Counted from the whole stretch's first letter, positions 22,501 through 35,404 are shown. The stretch: 63,435 nucleotides of DNA, filler included, from Ministeria vibrans ATCC 50519 (GCA_943704425.1; 4 parts of 4 records of this genome joined end to end with filler, not necessarily neighbours in it), one strand, 5' to 3'. Numbers and translations: made by a program. Notes: a model not told the origin generated them from the letters alone.

Positions 22501-25500
22501 CTTGCACTGACAGGGGGAAAGGACCGCACGCGAGACACCAGTTGATGTTGCGCACAGTGGGCACCGATTGCACACACATGCCGCCGTTGGTGCACGGCGA
22601 CGAGGCACACTCGTCAATGTCCGACTCACAGAGCACGCCCGTGTAGCCAGACACGCATGCACACGTGTACCCATTGATACCATCGGTGCACTCGGCACCA
22701 TTGAGACACGGCTGCGGCGCGCACTCGTCGATGTTCGTCTCGCACCCAACGCCAACAAACCCGGTGACACACTGACAAGCATACCCGTCGATCTGATCAA
22801 GACAGGTGGCGCCATTCGCACACGGCGACGAAGCACACTCGTCAATGTTCACCTGGCAGTTGGTACCCGTAAAGCCCGCCTTGCACTCGCACGTGTACAC
22901 GTCGGGAGCACGCACCCCTACTTCGAGCTTGCCCACCATAAATGGATGCAGAGAGCACTTGTAGTCGATAGCACCGGCCGCCGATAGTGTCTGCTCGTAG
23001 ACGCTGCCTGGTGGAAGCTCGCCCGAGTCAAAGCTCATAGCCCCGCCCGCCAAGGTAGTCACCGTGTGCGAAGACGAGTCGGTGAAGTCCCAACGCACCG
23101 TGTCACCCAGAGTGAGACCCGCCGTTGTCACGGGAAACGACCCGCACGCCAGACACCAGGGCACGGTGACCGTGTGTCGCGTGCCCTCCTGACACGTACC
23201 GCCATTTTGGCATGGATTCGACGCACACTCGTTAATGTCCGTCAAGCACTGGCGGTCGGTGTAGCCGGCAACACACTCGCACGAGTACGAGCCAATAATC
23301 TGTGTGCAAGTGCCACCATTTGCGCATGGATTCGAAGCACACTCGTCGATGTCACTTGCACAGTGCACACCGGTAAAGCCTGTCACACACATGCATGTGT
23401 AGCCCGCCACAACGTCGTTGCAAGTGGCACCGTTGGTGCACGGGCTCGATGCACACTCGTCCGTGTCGGTCTGGCAAGTGACACCATGCCACCCCGTGAC
23501 GCACTCGCACACAAAACTCGCCACCCCATCGTGGCACGTTCCAGCGTTAAGACAAGGCGGCGGACTGCACTCGTCAACGTTGGTTTCACAACGGACACCA
23601 GTGAAGCCGGATGGACAGGCGCACTCAAAGGAAAAAGCGCCATCGGCACAGGTGCCGCCATTGCTGCAGGGAGAGGAGTCACACTCGTCTTCGTTCGTGT
23701 CACACTGAACCCCCGAGAAACCCGCCGCGCAAATGCACGAGAACTTGTTGACCCCGTCCACACAGGTGGCACCGTTGCTGCATGGCGACGAGTCGCACTC
23801 GGGGATGTTCGTTTCGCAGACGACACCCGTGTACCCGGCAACACACACACACACGTAGCTGGCAAGACCGTCGAGACACGTCGCGCCGTTGTTGCACGGA
23901 GTGGAACTGCACTCGTCAATGTTCGTTTGGCAATGAGTACCGGTAAAACCGGCGGCGCAGGTACAGGTGAACGAGTCAATGCCATTGAAGCAAGTGGCAC
24001 CATTGCTGCACGGCGACGAAATGCACTCGTCAATTTCAACGCAAGTCGGCATGGAGCGAGACCAGACGGCAACCTGCCGCACTGCACTCACGACGTTGCG
24101 CGAGCGCTCAAACGGCTGGCAGGTTGAGCTGCTCGCACCGACCAACTCGTAGCCGGCGTCGCAGGTGAACTGGCACTCGCTTCCCACGGCAATGCCCGAC
24201 GTGCAGCTCACTGCACCATTGGGTGGTGCCGAGAGTGGCACGGTACAGCTGTGCTTGTCGGCACAGCAGCGCACGGCGGCCGTTGTGGTCCACGCCGAGC
24301 AGGTCAGCGGGAAACTGCCAATTTGCGAGGCGACCCCGGCCAGGCGGTAAAACATGTTGGTGCCACAGCTCGTTTGAGTCCATATCGACGCGGAGTCATA
24401 ACTGCAGCCTGTGCCCGCAGCCACATTATCTTGAACCTCCTGAAGCGTACACAATCGCGCGCCAACATCGAGGCACGCGGAACGAGCACTCGTCCATGTA
24501 GCAGCACTGGGAAAGCACACGGAGGCGCTTTCGTCGGCGAGAACAAAGGACTCGGCTTCGGCACACTGATCGGGCGAGGTTGGCTGCTTAAACTCAAAGT
24601 TGATGGCGGTGCAGGACGAGACGGAAACGGGTCCGTCGGCACAGCAACGGACGCGCGCGACGGCAGTCGATTGACCCGGCGTGCACAAGGGCGTGCCGGA
24701 GCCGGCTGTACTAAGTGTGTAGTAGCCCGAGGCGCACGAGGTCGAGGACCAGGTGACCGTGTTGCCACAGCTGCTCGCGTCGTCCGCTTCGCCGTTGGCA
24801 AGCTCGTGAATGGTGCACAATCGTGCTCCTAACGCACTGCAGGCAGTCTCGGCGGCGGTGTGGGTGACAAAGTTGGTATAGCACGTGCCACCGGTGTCCT
24901 TGCCCAAAGCGCACACACGGTGAGCACCAGGCCCGCTCCCGACGCCCAGGACGTCGCACTGTTTCGCGGAGGGTACAGGAAAGGCACCGAGGGTTGTCGG
25001 ACCCGACGCCATCGAGCCAGTCACCAGAGGCACGCACTCGGTGGTACCACTCCATGCGGCAGTGGCACGAACAGTCTTGCGATAGGCCTGCTCGGTTTGA
25101 GCGACGCATGAGACTGTCTCGTCGCCCAACAGGTAGTAGCCATTGTCGCACACTGTGGTACATGCCGAGTCGGTGTTCGCCGAGTTGCTGCAATATACAC
25201 TGCCATGCGCAACAACAGGCACCGCCTTGCAGGCGGTCACGTCGCCACAACACCGTACGTTGGTCGTGGACGTCTCGGCAACGCAAGAGGTGGCACACAG
25301 AGAAGGATTGCCACATTCGCTGCTGCGCTTTCCAGCAGCGCACATGGTTGACGTAAAAATAGAGGTAGAGTCATAATTGCACCCGGTGCCGCGCGTGGCC
25401 GAGTTGGTCATCTCTTCCAAGGTACACACACGTCCACCGACTCCTTCGCAGATGGAGGTTGCCTGTGCAAACGTCTTGGCTGCTTGACATGCGAAATTGA

Positions 25501-28500
25501 CGTTGTCCGACTCGCCACACAGAGTTGTCTTGACCCACGAAGGTCCATTGACGGGCGTGGTAAATGCCAGGGCGGGGCCGCACGAGACTGGACTCACTTC
25601 AAAGTAGCTACAGCACACCGTGGTCACGGTAGTGTCGAGTGGTGAGGAGCACTCGAGCGGAGTGGTGCCCAAGTTTGCCGTGTTGCCCGCCGCCGTGTAG
25701 TAGCCGGAAGAGCCGTCCGCGTTGAAGCACGTCGTCTGCGACCACACGCGCTTTGTGTCAACAGCACACGATGTGGCGCTCTTGGCTTCGTCGCCGAGAA
25801 TCTCGCCAATGGTGCAAAGGCGTGCTCCCAGATTGGAGCAGGTTTGTGCAGCGTCGCTGTGTAGCTGCGTGCCAAGGCACGATGTCAGCATGTCCGTGCT
25901 ACTTGCACAAATGCCCCTGGAGCCCGCTCCCGATAGGTAATTGGTACCAATGTTGGCACAGGACTTGGTTGTCGCCAATTTGTGCACGATCAGCACGCAT
26001 TCTGGTACTCCAGCGGTCCAGCGACCCCAGCGTTGCGTGGAGGCACGCTCGAGGGCCGTCATGGTGCCACACTTGGTCGAGGGGTCACCGACGAGGCGGT
26101 AGCCGGCGTCGCAGGTGAAGGTACAGACCGAGCCAATGGTGGTACTGGATGTGCACGAGACGGAGCCATGTGCGGGGGCGAGTGGAGTGAAGTAGCAGCG
26201 CGCCTTGTCGGCGCAGCAGCGGATAGCATTGGCGGAAGTCTTGGGGGAGCACGTGGTGGGAGCCGATGTGGTAGGGGAACCATTGCCACGCATGGTCCAG
26301 GTCGAGCTACCGCCTACGTCGCAGGTAGTGGAGGAAGTAATGATACTGTTGTCAAAGCTGCAGCCGGTGCCGCTCGTGATCAAGCCCGTCAACGACTCAG
26401 TTTTCGTACACAGCCGGGCGCCACGGCTCTCACAGGTTGACTCGTACGTTGCATAGTTGGCGCCGCTGACACAAGGTTCGGATTCGCCACAGAAGACATC
26501 CCAAGGTGCGGGCCTGACGAGCCAATTTTCGGCGGTGAGTGGTGAAACGCCACAGGCACTTGTAGAGATGACATCGTTGGCACAACAGCGCACGTGAAGG
26601 AGCGTGGATGCGGTGGGGGGCGTACACTCAAGGGGGTTGTCGCCCATGCCATTCGCGGCACCCGCAAGCGTGTAGTAGCCGTTGACACCGTCACGCACAC
26701 ACGGCGTCTGTGTCCAAATCCGGGCGGTGTCGTGGCCGCAGCCGGATGCTCCGGGGATTCCTCCCTCCACTTCGGTAACGGTGCACAGACGCATACTGTT
26801 TGCTTGGCACAGATGGTGGGCCTCACGCAGCGTCACGCCCGGGGTAGCACCGTTTGTGGAGATGCCGTTGATGCAGTTGGCATTGCTTTGGTCACTTGTG
26901 TAGAGAGGGGGCTTCTGGCTCGCTCCACACGTTTGCGTGACGCCAACACTGGAAAGACCCAGGGCGGGACAGGACAGCTTGGAGCGAACAATGTAGTCGT
27001 CGGCCTTGCCATCTTCGGCACAACAGCGGTAGAAGAGCTTGCTGTCGCGCGAAGTGCATGCAAGCGCGTTACCCGAGTTGATCGACTTGGTGAGAACACC
27101 AGAGCCGCCGTTGGGGAGCTTGCACGGCGTCGAGCTCCAGAGACGCTCGTAGTCGTAGCCGCAGCCAGTGCCCGTTGTTTCGCCCACGTTGATTTCGCCA
27201 ATGGTACACATACGAGCTCCAACGCTGCGGCACGTGTGCGAGGCAGTCACGTAGTTCTGCATATTGGGCGGGCCGAAACTGGCGACATTGTCTACCGTCC
27301 CGCTCAGGTAGGTGCCGGCAAAACACTTTCCATTTGCAAATAGAGGCGAGCTGCAAATGGTAGCTGCGTTGTCGGTGCTAGTGTACGTGTCTAGAGTCCA
27401 GCCAAGGGCGGTGCACGATTTGGCAGACCAGGCGAGAGTAGCCGTGAGCGGCTTGACGATGGTGTTGCAGCAGCGGACACTTGCAGTCGAAGATGTGGCC
27501 GGGGTACACTGGCGAGGCACGGTGGCCAAGTTGGACGCTCTGCCTGACTGAGTCCAGAGTGAGATGGTACCGTCGACAGCGACGTCGCACACGGAGCTGG
27601 ACCAGATGCGCCTGTTGTCGTAGGTAAGGCAGCCGCCGTTGACGGAGGCCGCCTCGTCATTGGCAATTTCGGTGATGGTGCAGACACGACCGCCAGCTTC
27701 GCGGCACTCGTCGTTGGCCACGTCAAAGGTCACATCAGCCGTGCCACACTCCTTCATGACACACGTGCTATGACTGGTGCTGGAAGTGTCCCAGCCCGTT
27801 CCCAGCGACGAGCAGTGGTTGGGTGTGACGTAGGTGGCGGTGTCGGCGCAACAGCGAATACCGCCAGCGCCAAAAGAGGTGGGAGTACACGTGCCGAGAC
27901 CGGAACCTCCGCCGCCGAGCGTGAGCATCGCCTTGGTGGGAAGACCGGTCGACGAAGACTCACACACCGTTTCAGACCAGACGCCACGCGAGTCGAGGCC
28001 ACAATCGGCCGAGGCCGCCTCGCCATTGTCAAGTTCTTCAGATGTGCACAGGCGTGCGCCGATTGAGGCACACGCTGCCATGGCGTCCGAGTGGCTTCCC
28101 ACACCGAAGCAACGTGATGAATTTGGCGCGAGTGACGAGCCGCAAACATTTGGGAATCCTCCGTGAGAATTCCAGCCCAGTTCCGCACAGGTCTGATCGC
28201 TCGAAAGGGGTCCCACTGTCTCGTTGTAGAAGTACTGGGACTCCGTTGCTTGCGCGGGGACCGAGCGACGCGACATTTTTAGAACAACAGCTTCTTGGGC
28301 ACGCCCTTCGCGAACAAGGACGAGGCGAGCGTCGCGATCAAGACGAATGGGGTGATGTTGAGACAGCTCGACGCATGAGCGTGCGACGGAGGTCGGCGAT
28401 GAAGACATGTCGGCGAAGTGAGCAACCGCAAGAATCTCACTAGATGCTGCTGATGATATCCAAAGGGAGTTACCGTGAATGCGCACGGGACCGACATGCT

Positions 28501-28651
28501 GCGCAGACGATTGGGACTTGATGTAGACATGGGAGGCTGACAAGTGTGCGTGTGGCAGGTCGCACGGACCCCGCATCGCATCTGCGGTTTTGGTGCTCAA
28601 AAGCAAACACTCTGCGAACATGACTAGAAACATGCCGAGGGTCGCTCGCAT
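19541..28651 (-). CDS. Giant single-exon type I membrane receptor (3036 aa): signal peptide, 9 Cys-rich GARLCT...RCC modules, 3 Sushi/CCP domains, 25 calcium-binding EGF repeats (two containing cupredoxin inserts), Cys-rich TNFR-like segment, SEA-like stalk, TM, short tail
   Basis: Domains counted in the translation: (D/N)(I/V)DEC.S.PC.NG.TC repeats; HTV...C..HP.(.)M copper sites; [26 protein letters not shown] followed by KKQR. Confidence 0.92.
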   Translation of the reverse strand: MRATLGMFLVMFAECLLLSTKTADAMRGPCDLPHAHLSASHVYIKSQSSAQHVGPVRIHGNSLWISSAASSEILAVAHFADMSSSPTSVARSCVELSQHHPIRLDRDARLVLVREGRAQEAVVLKMSRRSVPAQATESQYFYNETVGPLSSDQTCAELGWNSHGGFPNVCGSSLAPNSSRCFGVGSHSDAMAACASIGARLCTSEELDNGEAASADCGLDSRGVWSETVCESSSTGLPTKAMLTLGGGGSGLGTCTPTSFGAGGIRCCADTATYVTPNHCSSLGTGWDTSSTSHSTCVMKECGTADVTFDVANDECREAGGRVCTITEIANDEAASVNGGCLTYDNRRIWSSSVCDVAVDGTISLWTQSGRASNLATVPRQCTPATSSTASVRCCNTIVKPLTATLAWSAKSCTALGWTLDTYTSTDNAATICSSPLFANGKCFAGTYLSGTVDNVASFGPPNMQNYVTASHTCRSVGARMCTIGEINVGETTGTGCGYDYERLWSSTPCKLPNGGSGVLTKSINSGNALACTSRDSKLFYRCCAEDGKADDYIVRSKLSCPALGLSSVGVTQTCGASQKPPLYTSDQSNANCINGISTNGATPGVTLREAHHLCQANSMRLCTVTEVEGGIPGASGCGHDTARIWTQTPCVRDGVNGYYTLAGAANGMGDNPLECTPPTASTLLHVRCCANDVISTSACGVSPLTAENWLVRPAPWDVFCGESEPCVSGANYATYESTCESRGARLCTKTESLTGLITSGTGCSFDNSIITSSTTCDVGGSSTWTMRGNGSPTTSAPTTCSPKTSANAIRCCADKARCYFTPLAPAHGSVSCTSSTTIGSVCTFTCDAGYRLVGDPSTKCGTMTALERASTQRWGRWTAGVPECVLIVHKLATTKSCANIGTNYLSGAGSRGICASSTDMLTSCLGTQLHSDAAQTCSNLGARLCTIGEILGDEAKSATSCAVDTKRVWSQTTCFNADGSSGYYTAAGNTANLGTTPLECSSPLDTTVTTVCCSYFEVSPVSCGPALAFTTPVNGPSWVKTTLCGESDNVNFACQAAKTFAQATSICEGVGGRVCTLEEMTNSATRGTGCNYDSTSIFTSTMCAAGKRSSECGNPSLCATSCVAETSTTNVRCCGDVTACKAVPVVAHGSVYCSNSANTDSACTTVCDNGYYLLGDETVSCVAQTEQAYRKTVRATAAWSGTTECVPLVTGSMASGPTTLGAFPVPSAKQCDVLGVGSGPGAHRVCALGKDTGGTCYTNFVTHTAAETACSALGARLCTIHELANGEADDASSCGNTVTWSSTSCASGYYTLSTAGSGTPLCTPGQSTAVARVRCCADGPVSVSSCTAINFEFKQPTSPDQCAEAESFVLADESASVCFPSAATWTSARSACLDVGARLCTLQEVQDNVAAGTGCSYDSASIWTQTSCGTNMFYRLAGVASQIGSFPLTCSAWTTTAAVRCCADKHSCTVPLSAPPNGAVSCTSGIAVGSECQFTCDAGYELVGASSSTCQPFERSRNVVSAVRQVAVWSRSMPTCVEIDECISSPCSNGATCFNGIDSFTCTCAAGFTGTHCQTNIDECSSTPCNNGATCLDGLASYVCVCVAGYTGVVCETNIPECDSSPCSNGATCVDGVNKFSCICAAGFSGVQCDTNEDECDSSPCSNGGTCADGAFSFECACPSGFTGVRCETNVDECSPPPCLNAGTCHDGVASFVCECVTGWHGVTCQTDTDECASSPCTNGATCNDVVAGYTCMCVTGFTGVHCASDIDECASNPCANGGTCTQIIGSYSCECVAGYTDRQCLTDINECASNPCQNGGTCQEGTRHTVTVPWCLACGSFPVTTAGLTLGDTVRWDFTDSSSHTVTTLAGGAMSFDSGELPPGSVYEQTLSAAGAIDYKCSLHPFMVGKLEVGVRAPDVYTCECKAGFTGTNCQVNIDECASSPCANGATCLDQIDGYACQCVTGFVGVGCETNIDECAPQPCLNGAECTDGINGYTCACVSGYTGVLCESDIDECASSPCTNGGMCVQSVPTVRNINWCLACGPFPLSVQVHQGDLVRWTATDGATHTVTTTAGSTQSFDSGFMSPSGGVFEQRVTALGSVTFQCTVHPTTMTGTLTVGVLPNVYSCLCPSGFTGSDCASELDECASSPCDNGGTCNDGIDKFTCDCAAGYVGDTCAVNVNECASTPCQNGAVCNDEVASYSCVCVAGFTGTLCETNIDDCAPNPCAGGGTCTDLVDAFSCECPAGLFDPTCTSNVDECASSPCSNGATCADVTNGFTCTCADGFTGTVCESAINECLSNPCEFGGTCTDSLAGYTCTCVAGYTGLTCKNNIDECVSAPCQNGGTCLDRINSYQCACVAGYQGTRCQTNFNDCASNPCLNGATCGDALNAYSCACLPGFTGDRCQEDIDECASSPCSNGATNCQQAINTFTCTCAPGFAGTRCETDVDECASTPCHGTATCVDGSGGFSCVCGSGFDGTLCADDLNECVSSPCENGATCLDLPNAFSCACVAGTTGVTCESDIDECVSSPCTNGATCVDGLNGHVCLCASGFMGDDCATDVDECASGACLNGAACTDGIDSFTCSCVTGYAGVTCETDIDECASSPCTNGATCTQSVGSFTCTCAQGFGGSDCAVDIDECASSPCGDAANTCADSVHAYTCTCATNFYGDALGCTACSTLSDFTGCTTLTTCAGTTDAVCAACGQGYFLSGGVCVPCTAIANCRSTKLTCTSASNSQCSQCVFGYTLVEDAVDACNGFVPTSEESTNSVLMILGSATTNGVMDHETALSDAIANAVNTYRDNTTASVRRRAAAPTPVSGADVTYLSIVALSNGRVRVTYVVNENDGSAPVMGTIVADSVTAAQASIVAAVGGTMTFVSATAASTATGSQGNSGGMSIGIIGGVVGVVVIVLLIAVVFGVVQWKKQRATRNILNEFFPVDSFNNNEVMNPSRSSSFTTEEHLSPADFLGVLSQSNPSGGTTNDLGLDDVVVNPLFVPENTAGYDEDDTVDQLGDLAPSSTGTGTQPTRLSRNLSVHL

Positions 28652-29033
28652 CGCCGGTGTGGTGTTGAGTGCACGCTAATTAGAATATCGGGAGGGAGAT
28701 GGAGATAAAAAAGACGGCGGTTTGACGGCGTTTCGGTGACAAGTGAAGCAGACAAAAAAAAATATGTTTTGTAGATTCGAAAAGGAAACGGAAGAATTAA
28801 TTATTTTGTGGTTTTTGGTTACTAAAAAAATTGACAATTGTCAAGGGCGTGCACTGTTAAGGTGAGTGACGAGTCACGAGTGTCGCTGTCTGTCGCACAG
28901 TAAGTCAGTAACGGGTCTGTCTGAGTAACCTGATCAAGGTTGACTTGACTGAATAATGACTTTCAATTCGACGGCCGGGTGAGTCAATCACTTATTCATT
29001 TTGTGTGTGTGTGTGATTTGATTAGAATTCTCA

Positions 29034-31595
29034 ATGGGACGTACTGTGGTACTCGAGGAGAGCGAAGTACCGCAACAGATCAAGCTATTGCAAAAGTCAA
29101 GCGATCCAGTCATTGGACTGATAGTTGGCCAGCGCGCTCGCGACTCGCAGATCTACGTCGTCTCTCTCGTGGCAACTCCCGAGGGTGAGGATGAGGCTGA
29201 CCAGCAGACGCCTCGAAAGACCGACGACGGTACGGGCGATTCTTTTTTTATGATCTCGCGCTCTCTCTCTATCTCTCCTTTTTGCCCCCCACACACACAC
29301 TCTCGCTCTCTCTGTCTTTCTCTGCTTGGCACCAACAACCCCTGTCCCTCTCCCGTCTGATCTCCTGCTACTAGCCATGGCGATACGTGTGTGTTTGGCC
29401 GCAGGGGCCGCTCACAAGCAGAACGACTTGCACAGTTCGCATGCAAGCGCACTCTGCGCTTCTTCATGCGTCAATCCGCTCCCTCTGCTAGCCCCCCTGT
29501 TGCCATCTGCCCATTTTGCAGCTCTGCGCTTTCTGAATTGTCTCGTGTAGGCAAGTCGAAAGGCAAAAACGCGGCGGGCGATGCGTCGACCACCTTTGTC
29601 GCCACTCTGGACCCGTCGTTAGTCGAAGAGCACGCTCGTCAGGTCAGCGGATGCAAAGGACACGAACAATCCCCCGTTTATACCCCGTTCTACTGCAGGT
29701 GTCGCGCATGCTGCCGGGTGCTGTTGACATTATTGGGGTTTTCAGCTATCTCACTCAGACTGTCTTTGACGTACAACGTTGCTTTTTGTATGAGTTTTTT
29801 TATGCTAATTGTATGTCTATAGGCAAAACAATCTGAGCTGCGTTCCCTTCTTAATGTGGTCGCAGCAGCGTCGACAGTCACGCACGACCATTCGTGCAAA
29901 GACCGACTGCTCTTCAACATTTGTCCGCAAACTACAGTGTAAGACCAACAAAAAGAGCTCTATATTGTCCAATAATGTGTATGAATTGTGTGTGATGGGG
30001 TTTTACTAGGCAAACAATGCGATTATACGACACGTCGCCTTTCTCAGTACGGAACCCCATTCACGCCAATCACACCAACAAAAAAAAACAATCAAAGTGT
30101 AATTTTATTTTCCTTTAGGGGAAGCAGAATGGGACGTCCGTGACAGTGAAACAGAGTGAATTTGTGGGGAAATGGCTGACGGTGACGACAGATGTGACAG
30201 TGAATGGCAGTGGAGTGTTTCCCAATGGCGCAAGTCACACGCAATTGGTTTCCCTTATCGACGTAGGACGATGGCTGATTAGTCGCAGTTGCTCTGCTAA
30301 TTCTGTGTGTTTGAATAGAGCACTTTAGATCCGATTTGTGAGCAGTATGAGAACTCGATGGGAACCATTGAAGGACATGTTGTTAATGGAGCGAAAGCTC
30401 TTTCGTCAGTGCACTCCAAATCAGACGTAACCAACAAACACACTCAACAACAAAGAGACTGATTGAGGGCGAGAGAGAGAGAGAGGGGGAGAAAGAAACA
30501 AAGTGATAGAGAGAGAGAGAGAGAGAGGAGGGGGAGAAAGAAACAAAGTGATAGAGAGAGAGAGACTGACAGTATATTAATTTGTAATATATGTGTAGAG
30601 TGGAAGAAAGAAGACTGAGTTTAGTGCACAATTGTTTGTGCCATTGACTCGAAAAGATCAGCCAAAGGACAAAACAGTTCGCTCAAAGGTAGTGCTAAAA
30701 AATAGTATGATACGCATTAAATGTGTGTGGTTGTGTATGTGTGTGTTTTTAAGGCATTGTGTGCGGTGAGCATACACGGGCACGTGCACGGGCTTGCATA
30801 TGTGCACCACAAAGCAACGGTGGACGAGGCACTGAGTGCTGTGCGGGCTGATCTGGTGCGGTCGCTACGTGCTCGCTTTCACTTGTTCTGTGAGGATGTA
30901 TGTGCGCAGGAGGAGGAGGAAGAGGAGCATGATGTGTCCCGTCGTCGTAATCCTTCTCGCAAAGGTAGTATATGAGATAATATATAATTGTGTTTGTGTT
31001 CGTATTTGGAGAGTGTGATTGTGAGCGTTGTTGGCATTTTTTATAACGGCTTTAATAATCTGTGTAATTGGAATAGAGTTCCATGTGGGCACTCCGCGTC
31101 GTGTTGTCTGCGCGTTTGCAGGGCCCATCAAGGCGAGTGACTATGTTCTCACTGCTGACGGAATTGAGGTACTTTACAATCCACTGCCTCATTCAGTTCA
31201 TCATCTTAATGTTATGATATTAGAGTTCGCAAGAGCGATTTACTACCATGCTGGGAGTGATTTCTACGCCCGAGTTTATCGAAGGAGAGCAAGACATGAA
31301 GCTACTTGAGTCACTGATGGCGCGTGCACGACGGCGTGCGCAGGACGGACCCACTCCCGCGGACACTGCAGGCCGCGTGAGTAGTTCTAGTGCGTCTGCT
31401 GCTGAGTCGTCGCCGTCGTCGTCTTCTGCTGCTTCTGCCGTGTCCAACCGCAGTACGAAACGCAGTGCGTCCAAGCCACCACTGTCAGACCACGATGGCC
31501 CTGCGCCTTCCATTGCCACCAGTCCGCTTTGCGCTGGCTTTATGGCTCTTGTTGCCTCCGCTGCTTGGCTCGTTTTCAACGGTTGGTTCGAGTAA
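29034..31595 (+). CDS. ODR4: Odorant response abnormal 4 (ODR-4) homologue, tail-anchored, multi-exon
   Basis: MGRTVVLEE, GLIVGQ, EHARQVSRMLPGAVDIIGVF, DLVRSLRARFHLFCED, PRRV and a C-terminal TM. Confidence 0.85.
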
Positions 31596-31737
31596 ACTGT
31601 GAAACTTAGTATGATGCAGTCTTTGATGCACACCGTTTGAAACAACACCAAGAGTTTCCAAGAGTTTTTTTTTCCATGTTTTACACTATAATAACGTATT
31701 TTTTATTGTTGTTGATGGCACACACAAGTTTTAGTTT

Positions 31738-31937
31738 TTAGTCCATCTCTTCGACGGTTGGACCGCTTTGCTGGGGCGCACCCTGACCGGCCTCGGTGCC
31801 GCATCCGCCTGCCTGCTGTTGGTACATTTTGCTCATGATGGGGTTGACCACCTGCTCCAGTTCCTTCTGCTTGGCCGCAAACTCGTCGGCCTCGCCCAGC
31901 TGGTTGGAGTCGAGCCAGTTGAGGGTCTCGGTGGCGG
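31738..31937 (-). CDS. HSP70: Cytosolic HSP70, C-terminal fragment (5' part lost in the gap)
   Basis: [37 protein letters not shown]...SGPTVEEMD*. Confidence 0.9.
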
Positions 31938-31981
31938 NNNNNNNNNNNNNNNNNNNNNNNNNNNNNNNNNNNNNNNNNNNN

Positions 31982-31993
31982 TTAATTAATTAA
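31982..31993. other. Artificial contig linker TTAATTAATTAA inside an N-run
   Basis: The identical palindromic 12-mer with stops in all six frames is flanked by Ns at 31982, 59943 and 62006. Confidence 0.95.
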
Positions 31994-32037
31994 NNNNNNN
32001 NNNNNNNNNNNNNNNNNNNNNNNNNNNNNNNNNNNNN

Positions 32038-32079
<42 letters not shown>

Positions 32080-32235
32080 AGTGATAGAGAGAGAGACAAA
32101 GTGATAGAGAGAGAGACAAAGTGATAGGGAGAGAGACAAAGTGATAGAGAGAGATTCAAAGTGATAGAGAAACAATGTGATAGAGAAACAATGTGATAGA
32201 GAAACAATGTGATAGAGAAACAGAGTGATAGAGAG
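32038..32235. repeat. (AG)n plus GAAACAA(A/T)GTGATAGAGA minisatellite array
   Basis: About 9 tandem units. Confidence 0.9.
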
Positions 32236-32324
32236 AGGATAATGGATAATTTGAAGACAAGAAGAAAGGAGTTGTGTGTCAGACAAGAATCAAGATAAAT
32301 TTTCGTTTGTTCTTTTCTCTCCAG

Positions 32325-33057
32325 GCGGAAATTGGGGTGGAAGGAAAACAACTTGTACACTTTTGGAATGGCGAACGATCGAGCATGCGTGTACCTTTGG
32401 ATACATCGGCGTTGCATCAGCAGGGGCCTGTGCGGTATGCGCGTGCACAGACACTAGGACCCGACCTGAAGCAACAGGGGCTGCAGGCCAAAGACCGCGA
32501 CTTGCAGGTGGACCGGCCACCCTATGTGCCCGCCTATTGCCCTGCCTTCCCAGCCAGCCACAGCTTCCTTGACACACCCGTCTTTGACGAGCGCGAAAAG
32601 GGCTACTCTGAGCTGGAGACGAAGAAGCGCCGTCTCAAGCTGGAGGGAGACCAGTCACTGGCGGGTCTGGTCGGGCGCACAGCCCACGCTACGCACTCCG
32701 CAGTGCCGGCTCCTGCTCCACCCAATGCGCATGGGCGCGTCACTGACTCAGGTGAGACTAAAGGGAAGGGAGCACAAGCGACTGAGACGAAGACGTGTCG
32801 CGTTGTTCTCTTTTTTTGCAGTGTGCGTTGCGCCTATTCCCACAGTACCCACTCTTGTCGCACAAATTACTTCCGAACGGGGTCCTGACGACGAGGTATG
32901 AGACTGAGAGAGACAGGGAGAAGAACTCATGCTGTGGATTGTTTTTATTGGTTGACAGGCGAAAGCACTCGCAGTTGCCAAACGCGCTCAGTGGCGGGCT
33001 GCAAAACACGATCCCTTCCTCAAACCACCCACAAAGATGTCCACTGTAACAAAATAA
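32325..33057 (+). CDS. TAF8: TFIID subunit TAF8, C-terminal exons (5' part lost in the gap)
   Basis: PPYVPAYCPAFPASHSFLDTPVF...Y matches the TAF8_C pattern; ends DPFLKPPTK. Confidence 0.75.
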
Positions 33058-33474
33058 ACGAGACTCGTATGTCGAATATATCATTTACGCTGCCATGCTT
33101 TTAAAACCCCATCACACATGAGTGCATGATTAGCATAACAATCAATCAAGCACCTCCTGCTCGTAGCTTGTGGTTTTTATGGAGTCTTCTTCCTCATCAA
33201 AAAAGCGCGGGAAAATGTGTTGTCCTGCAACTCAGACCACTAGAAACGTAATTACTTACAAGTTAGTAAGCGACAATGTGTTGTTTTAGTGTTTTGTCAC
33301 GACGGTAGTCGAATCGTTACGGTGTGGTTGCTTGTCGTGTCTTTGACTCGGGCGTTTCAAATCATTAATCTATAAATTCAATTAATTTTTCCCAAGACGC
33401 TACTCCGATCTGTATCCCGGCTAGCACGCCAAGGTGGCTGCTCGATCTTTTGTGCAAGGCGAAGTTGGGCAACA

Positions 33475-35285
33475 ATGGCGACAGACACTCCGTGTGCCTC
33501 GATCCGGACGGTCGGGTACGTGACGGACGTTGAGGGTGACATTGATTTCTTCAACGGCTACATTGATCGCTCACGCGTGCTCACGCGGGATCCCGTCGAC
33601 GGCCGACTTTCCCTACGTGACAATTGCGCATTTGTGTTTGGTGGCGATGTCTGTGACAAAGGTGAGAAAACAAAATATTCTTTCAATCGCTGAGTCATCG
33701 TCACGTCTCATCGACTGCACTGATGGATCTGATCCACACGACTCTCTGCTGTGCATTGCATCGGAATGCATGCGCTGCCTTGCCCCCTCCCCCCTTCCCT
33801 GATCCTCCTCCGTAGGCGCTGGCGACGTTCGAGTGGCGCGGGCGTTGGTCGACCTAAAGCAGCGCTATCGCAAACGTGTGTTTCTGCTCATGGGCAACCG
33901 AGACATCAACAAGATGCGGTTTACAAGCGAGCTCAGCAGCGCTGAGATGGCGCGTGGCGTCGATGCGGTCCCTTCGCAACAGATCTATTGGGTGGAAGAA
34001 GCGAATCGAGTGCTTCCTCGCGACTACCTTGCGCGTCGCGCCCAGTGCACGCACGATGACGACGCACGGATCCGCGCCGATGACACGCGCGTGAATCGTC
34101 TCCGCTGGATGCTTGAGGAGACAATGGGGGCGCCGACGGCGTTTGAACTGCGTCGCACCGAGTTGGCGGAGATGCGTGAGTGCGACGCAAGCGCCGTTGG
34201 CGACGACGCAGTCGTCGAGAGCTTTGTGGAGAGCACACAGGCTGGTGGATTCATGCGCGAATACTTGACGCATGCACAGATTGGCGTGGTGCTGGGGAAG
34301 ACGCTGTTCGTACATGGGGGGTTGTCACGACCAGACTGCCCCGACATGCTCGGGTGGGTGCCTGGCGTGCACTCAGAGCCGCTCGACAACAGCGATCGTG
34401 AGGTGCAGGGTGAGCCGGCGCGCGTGGATGGAGTTGAGGCGTGGATGGCGGCATTGAATGGATGGGCGGCGGGCCAACTGGAGGAGTGGATGGCACAGCC
34501 GGAGTGGAATGCAGCGCGGAGCGCACGCAAAGGTGCCGAATTGCTCGAGTATGCGATTGGAAAGATGCGGGATGGAGTCACCAAGAAGCGCACAGTGGTT
34601 GTGAATTGGTTCAGTGACGAGGAGGGAGTGCCGCACAGTGTGGATGGGCGAACCCGGGACTATTTGTTGCGCAGTGGCATTGAGCGGGTTGTGGTGGGGC
34701 ACAAGCCACACGGAGATGCACCAGTTGTGCTTAAGAGTAAGGAATATTTAGGGATGTATGAGAGAGACAAGAGTGACCAACAGCGACGAGAGACACAGGG
34801 AGAGAGAGAAGCGGGCGACATGGCCTATATTTTTTTGGTCTGTGACTCACTGTGTCTGAGTAGGCGATGCGGACGAGAGCGGGCGGCGTGTGGAGGTGGT
34901 GATGGCCGACACGAGCTACAGCAACAACGCCATTTATGTCGAGTCATGTGGTGCGCGCACCGACTCGGGAGTTGACGGGCTCGTGCCCCTCGACACTGTG
35001 AGGCGCACCGAGGGCCGCAATGTTGCACGTGGCTCAGTCTGCTTTGAACTGCTGGTGGATTTGCAGGGTGGCACGGGGGTCTCGGTACATGGGGTGCTCA
35101 AGGACGGCTCTGCCTACGACTGCTCTGTGTCTGCCGACCCTTTCATCGGATTGCGTCTCAGCGGTCGCGATAACGCCTGGACCGTCAAGCTGAAGACCTC
35201 TGACGGTCGCTATCTCGTCTCACGTTCCCACCATTATCGTGTTTTCAATGCTTATGTCACCGATCAAGAGCGAGAGTCAGAATAG
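33475..35285 (+). CDS. Calcineurin-like metallophosphoesterase, multi-exon
   Basis: YVTDVEG, FGGDVCDKG, LMGNRD, FVHGG and VVGHKPHG motifs. Confidence 0.82.
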
Positions 35286-35404
35286 TAAAGAGAAGATTGC
35301 GCCACATCTGATTTCAGATTTCGAAAATGTGTTAATGTGCCGACTGGCGACTGCCAAGTGCCGACTACTTTTTTTTATTCGACCTTAGTCTACTCCCCTT
35401 TACC

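Noticed and set aside
19547-28443. Many overlapping antisense or alternate-frame ORFs of 60-350 aa
   Set aside because: Shadow ORFs of a GC-rich, repetitive CDS with no recognisable motifs; the same applies to the shadows over the cyclase, IRE1 and LONP2.
19541-28651. Calling the giant EGF protein Notch
   Set aside because: No LNR, NOD or ankyrin repeats; only the EGF array is Notch-like.
31938-32037. TTAATTAATTAA palindrome in N-runs (also at 59943 and 62006)
   Set aside because: Identical six-frame-stop linker inserted during scaffolding; not biological. Gene adjacency across these joins is unreliable.
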